From Azolla caroliniana (taxonomy: Eukaryota; Plantae; Polypodiophyta): 64,000 nucleotides of DNA. Positions 61,301 through 64,000 of this stretch are shown one piece after another (within the stretch, counting starts at the first letter, position 1; every line of letters starts with the position of its first letter). A program made the position numbers and the translations under genes. The stretch lies in the NCBI GenBank assembly GCA_043228905.1, contig JBHGNT010000015.1, forward strand, positions 15,748,001-15,812,000. Direction: 5' to 3'. The notes beneath the pieces are model-generated. The model had not been told where the DNA came from. It saw only the letters and a list, made by a program, of their open reading frames with translations, and did no database searches.

Positions 61301-63133
61301 ATTATCCGGTCTTGGAGAAGAGGGCAGAGAGCATTAAGAAAAACTTGGAAGAGAGGACGTTGCAGCTTGTGAAATTGACCAAGCCTCATGTGCTGGTGTG
61401 CATACAAGGGAAATGGCCTGCCAATCTATTCTGTTTTGTGGCACATTTGAGGGTGCCATCTCTACCGAACCCACCCATAGTCATACTTCATCCTCACAAT
61501 CCTAGCATTGCCGACTGGGGTTGTGTCGGCATGTTCGAGGAGGTCTATCATGTCCAGGGTTCACCATTTTATGAGATTGATCTTGTGCGTGCGGGAGTAC
61601 TACAAGCAGGTATGTCATTTTAGGGTTTAGGATCCATGGTTCTCAATATTACACACTTAAATAACACTTAACCTTGTACAAGCAGGTATGTCATTTTAGG
61701 GTTTAGGATCCACGGTTCTCAATATTACACATTTAATAACACTTAACCTTTGCACATCCATGTTTTTGAAGTTCAGAGGTTTTCTTGATGCACTTAACTC
61801 CATGGAGCCATGTGGCCATGGAAGTCATAGGAACTATGGTGTATGTTTTCTTTTTTGTTTATGGGAATTTGCTGATATATCTATCTATGCGCTTTTATAC
61901 GACAGAGAAAGTCGTTGTATTGTCGCCGAGTGGTAAGAGCGATGGGAATAAAAATATCACAAGTGAAGACAAGGACATAGAAATTGATATAGACAATGTC
62001 CTAGTTACTGCCACTATTGAAAGATTGCTACATCCAGTGCAGCCGGGCCGAATCATAGTTGAACTTCATCAAGAGACTGAAATTCACTACTTGAGGCCCA
62101 AGCTTCGGATTAATCCCCGCCGCTTTGACCCATTTCTCTACAATCGGAACCGGACAGCCACATTCTTGTATGCACCAGCCTTTGTTGAAGGCAAAGGCTT
62201 TTGCTCAGCATCTCTCACCTTCTTGCTGTAAGTTAATTTTGCTTCCATTTGTGTGAGTGAGAGAGAGTGTGTGTATTTGTATTTGTATGTATGTATACAT
62301 ATACACGTAATTTATTTCTCGTAAAAAAAACACCGTTGTGCCAAACCTTTTCGCACATATTTACCAGGATATCTGTCAATTCATAAAAATGATGAGCATC
62401 ACCCTCACACATGTTTTTTGAGTATCAAACTACCCATCAAATTTAATTAGACTAAACCAAAGGTAATTTTCTCCGCAACTAATTCAGTTCTCATTAGGGA
62501 TAAGGTAGGTTGGTCCTCATTAATCCCATTAATATGCCTAACTAAGAATCGATAAACCCCCATGAAAATAAAGGGGAGGCAATTTGGTCATACCAAAAAA
62601 CCTGATAGGATGTTCTAGTAATTTGTGAAAGGTGATGGGGGTCTATGTTAATGATCTTCGGAAATTGGCGAAAGTTTGCAAAAGAGTTACTAGGGACATG
62701 CCAATGTTTCTTCCTTCTTTCCCCTAAAATGAAGAGTGAGAAATCCTAACCTCACTCTTAGTAACATGAATGATGACACAATGAATTTTGAACTTTTTTT
62801 TTCTGTATGTGTGTGTGTGTGTTTAGGTATTCATTGTTCTTCAACCGGAACACGGTGACAATAACTGAGAAGCTGATATGCGGTGGCAATGCTGAAGTGG
62901 TGGAGACAGCTGATGGCCAGGAAGTGGTGGGGGCAAGGTTGGAACAAGTCCCACTGCCCAAGTCATATGAAGGGAAGAGATTCCAAGAGCTATTTCTCGG
63001 GATGCTGAGAAATCAACAATGGCTCGTATTAGGGCTATACCGCACTAGCACCATGACTATACCTTACGTATATACGAACCCACCCCAATCTGAGATCCTC
63101 CTTCCCGGAGACCTTGTTTATGTGTTGCAATGA
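55306..63133 (+). CDS. Slo/BK-type (KCNMA1-like) potassium channel alpha subunit with RCK domains, ~1168 aa, 18 exons
   Basis: Exons 55306-55475, 56435-56840, 57534-57641, 57756-57805, 57914-58003 (GC donor), 58295-58378, 58471-58527, 58611-58699, 58932-59062, 59189-59322, 59423-59550, 59660-59711, 59801-59942, 60042-60232, 60461-60635, 60739-61609, 61906-62227, 62827-63133 give an open 3507-nt frame. Pore FYFVIVTVFTVGYGD. RCK1 motifs FIIVSGN, DFLSEIYH, EGTPLKDLDLARV, EDAAQIMRTLSV. RCK2/C-terminal motifs QGSPFYEIDLVRAGV, IIVEL, LGLYR...YVYTNPP...GDLVYVL. Confidence 0.92.
56863..57365 (+). mobile_element. Stack of RTE-tail short elements in BK-channel intron 2, including a tRNA-headed mini-SINE (57218-57365)
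   Basis: Tail AAAAGATGTTAATATTTCTTTC at ~56864; longer copy 56925-57216; then TGACTTAATAG...GAGTTCGAATCT...GTCTCATGGGCCAAATTTGGTCTTAGAAGACTGTTAATATATCTTTC. Confidence 0.75.
61601..61750 (+). repeat. 76-bp tandem duplication spanning the exon 16 splice donor of the BK channel
   Basis: TACAAGCAG|GTATGTCATTTTAGGGTTTAGGATCC at 61601 and 61677. Confidence 0.95.
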
Positions 63134-63673
63134 GCTATCACTATTTATTACCTTCAATCGTGTCTCTCTCACACATCTCACACATCTCGATAACAATCCG
63201 GGCAAATGGTATTATAAAAGTCTTGTTGTTGTACAAAGCTTTATTTAATGAAGAATTCATAGGCTGAGAAGAAATCATTTGCAATTTTACATATATGTCT
63301 CTATCTTCTCCTCCCACCTTTTTTTGTCATGATGGGTAAATGTATTCATGACTATGGTATCAAAAATCACAAAACATTTACATTACTAACAAATAAATTG
63401 AAAATATTGTGGCATGACAAGGATCCATATCGTCCTTGGTATCAAGAACTACATGTGCTATGTTGTTGAACTACTAGTGAAACAAACCTCTCAAAATGGA
63501 TGATATGATTGCACTATAGAAATGACAACCAAAGATGAATACATTCTGGATAGTTCAATTATGGTATTAGAACTTGAGGGTTGGTGATCCTTCATTGAGC
63601 TCATGGGGATCACATTCGAATTGATAAGAGTTGTACGTCGAGGATAAGAGCTAAATCAACAAATGAAAGCATG

Positions 63674-64000
63674 ATGGGTAGCACGCTTCCAACAGAGAAG
63701 TTGGACATGCACAACTACACATCTTGGGAGTACAAGATGCACTAGTACCTGGTTGGGTAGGGTTACTACAGTTATACCTAGGGTGCTCAAGAAATAGCCT
63801 CCAATCTCATAAACCTTGACTATACGACATCACATTAACGTGTTTGTTGAGTAATGTACTGCTTGGAAACATGTGTGCAAGATCACATGTTTAGCTATAT
63901 CCGGTACACAAAGGCCCCAAAGGAAGTTTGGAAAATTTTGAAGAAACTTTTCGTAGTTTCAACCATGGGTCAAAAGCTTCAACTCTAGCAAGACTTGAAC
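63674..64000 (+). mobile_element. Ty1/copia gag pseudogene start, running off the window
   Basis: MGSTLPTEKLDMHNYTSWEYKMH*YLVG*GYYSYT*GAQE...VMYCLETCVQDHMFSYIR...PKEVWKILKKLF, with stops. Confidence 0.8.

Noticed and set aside
6897-63133. Functional cluster of Ca2+/K+ signalling genes (CIPK + BK channel) or plastid genes (ABC1K + THF1)
   Set aside because: The genes are tens of kb apart and interleaved with unrelated genes and TEs; nothing in the sequence shows co-regulation.

Overview
Eukaryotic, intron-rich, AT-rich plant genomic DNA. A seed-free vascular plant, probably a fern, is my inference from the BK channel, the RTE/L1 LINE load and the copia gag style. I could assemble six spliced protein-coding genes by hand from splice sites and reading-frame phase: (1) a 14-exon CBL-interacting protein kinase (CIPK, +); (2) a ~1248-aa protein joining ten 19-20-aa tandem repeats, a catalytically degenerate DEDDy 3'-5' exonuclease fold and a Upf1-like SF1B helicase (+); (3) a 12-exon ABC1/AarF atypical kinase (+); (4) a small Sel1-like-repeat protein (-, last exon unresolved); (5) THF1/Psb29 (+); (6) an 18-exon Slo/BK-type K+ channel with RCK domains (+). 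Intergenic and intronic space holds decayed L1-like and RTE LINEs, copia fragments, a Mutator-like MITE with a 9-bp TSD, a family of short elements sharing the RTE 3' tail, tRNA-derived SINE heads, tandem duplications and microsatellites. The best candidate for an undescribed system is the pseudo-exonuclease/helicase fusion. Second is the BK channel, which lacks the calcium bowl and the main S4 gating arginine. No database searches were run; family calls rest on motifs I recognise.
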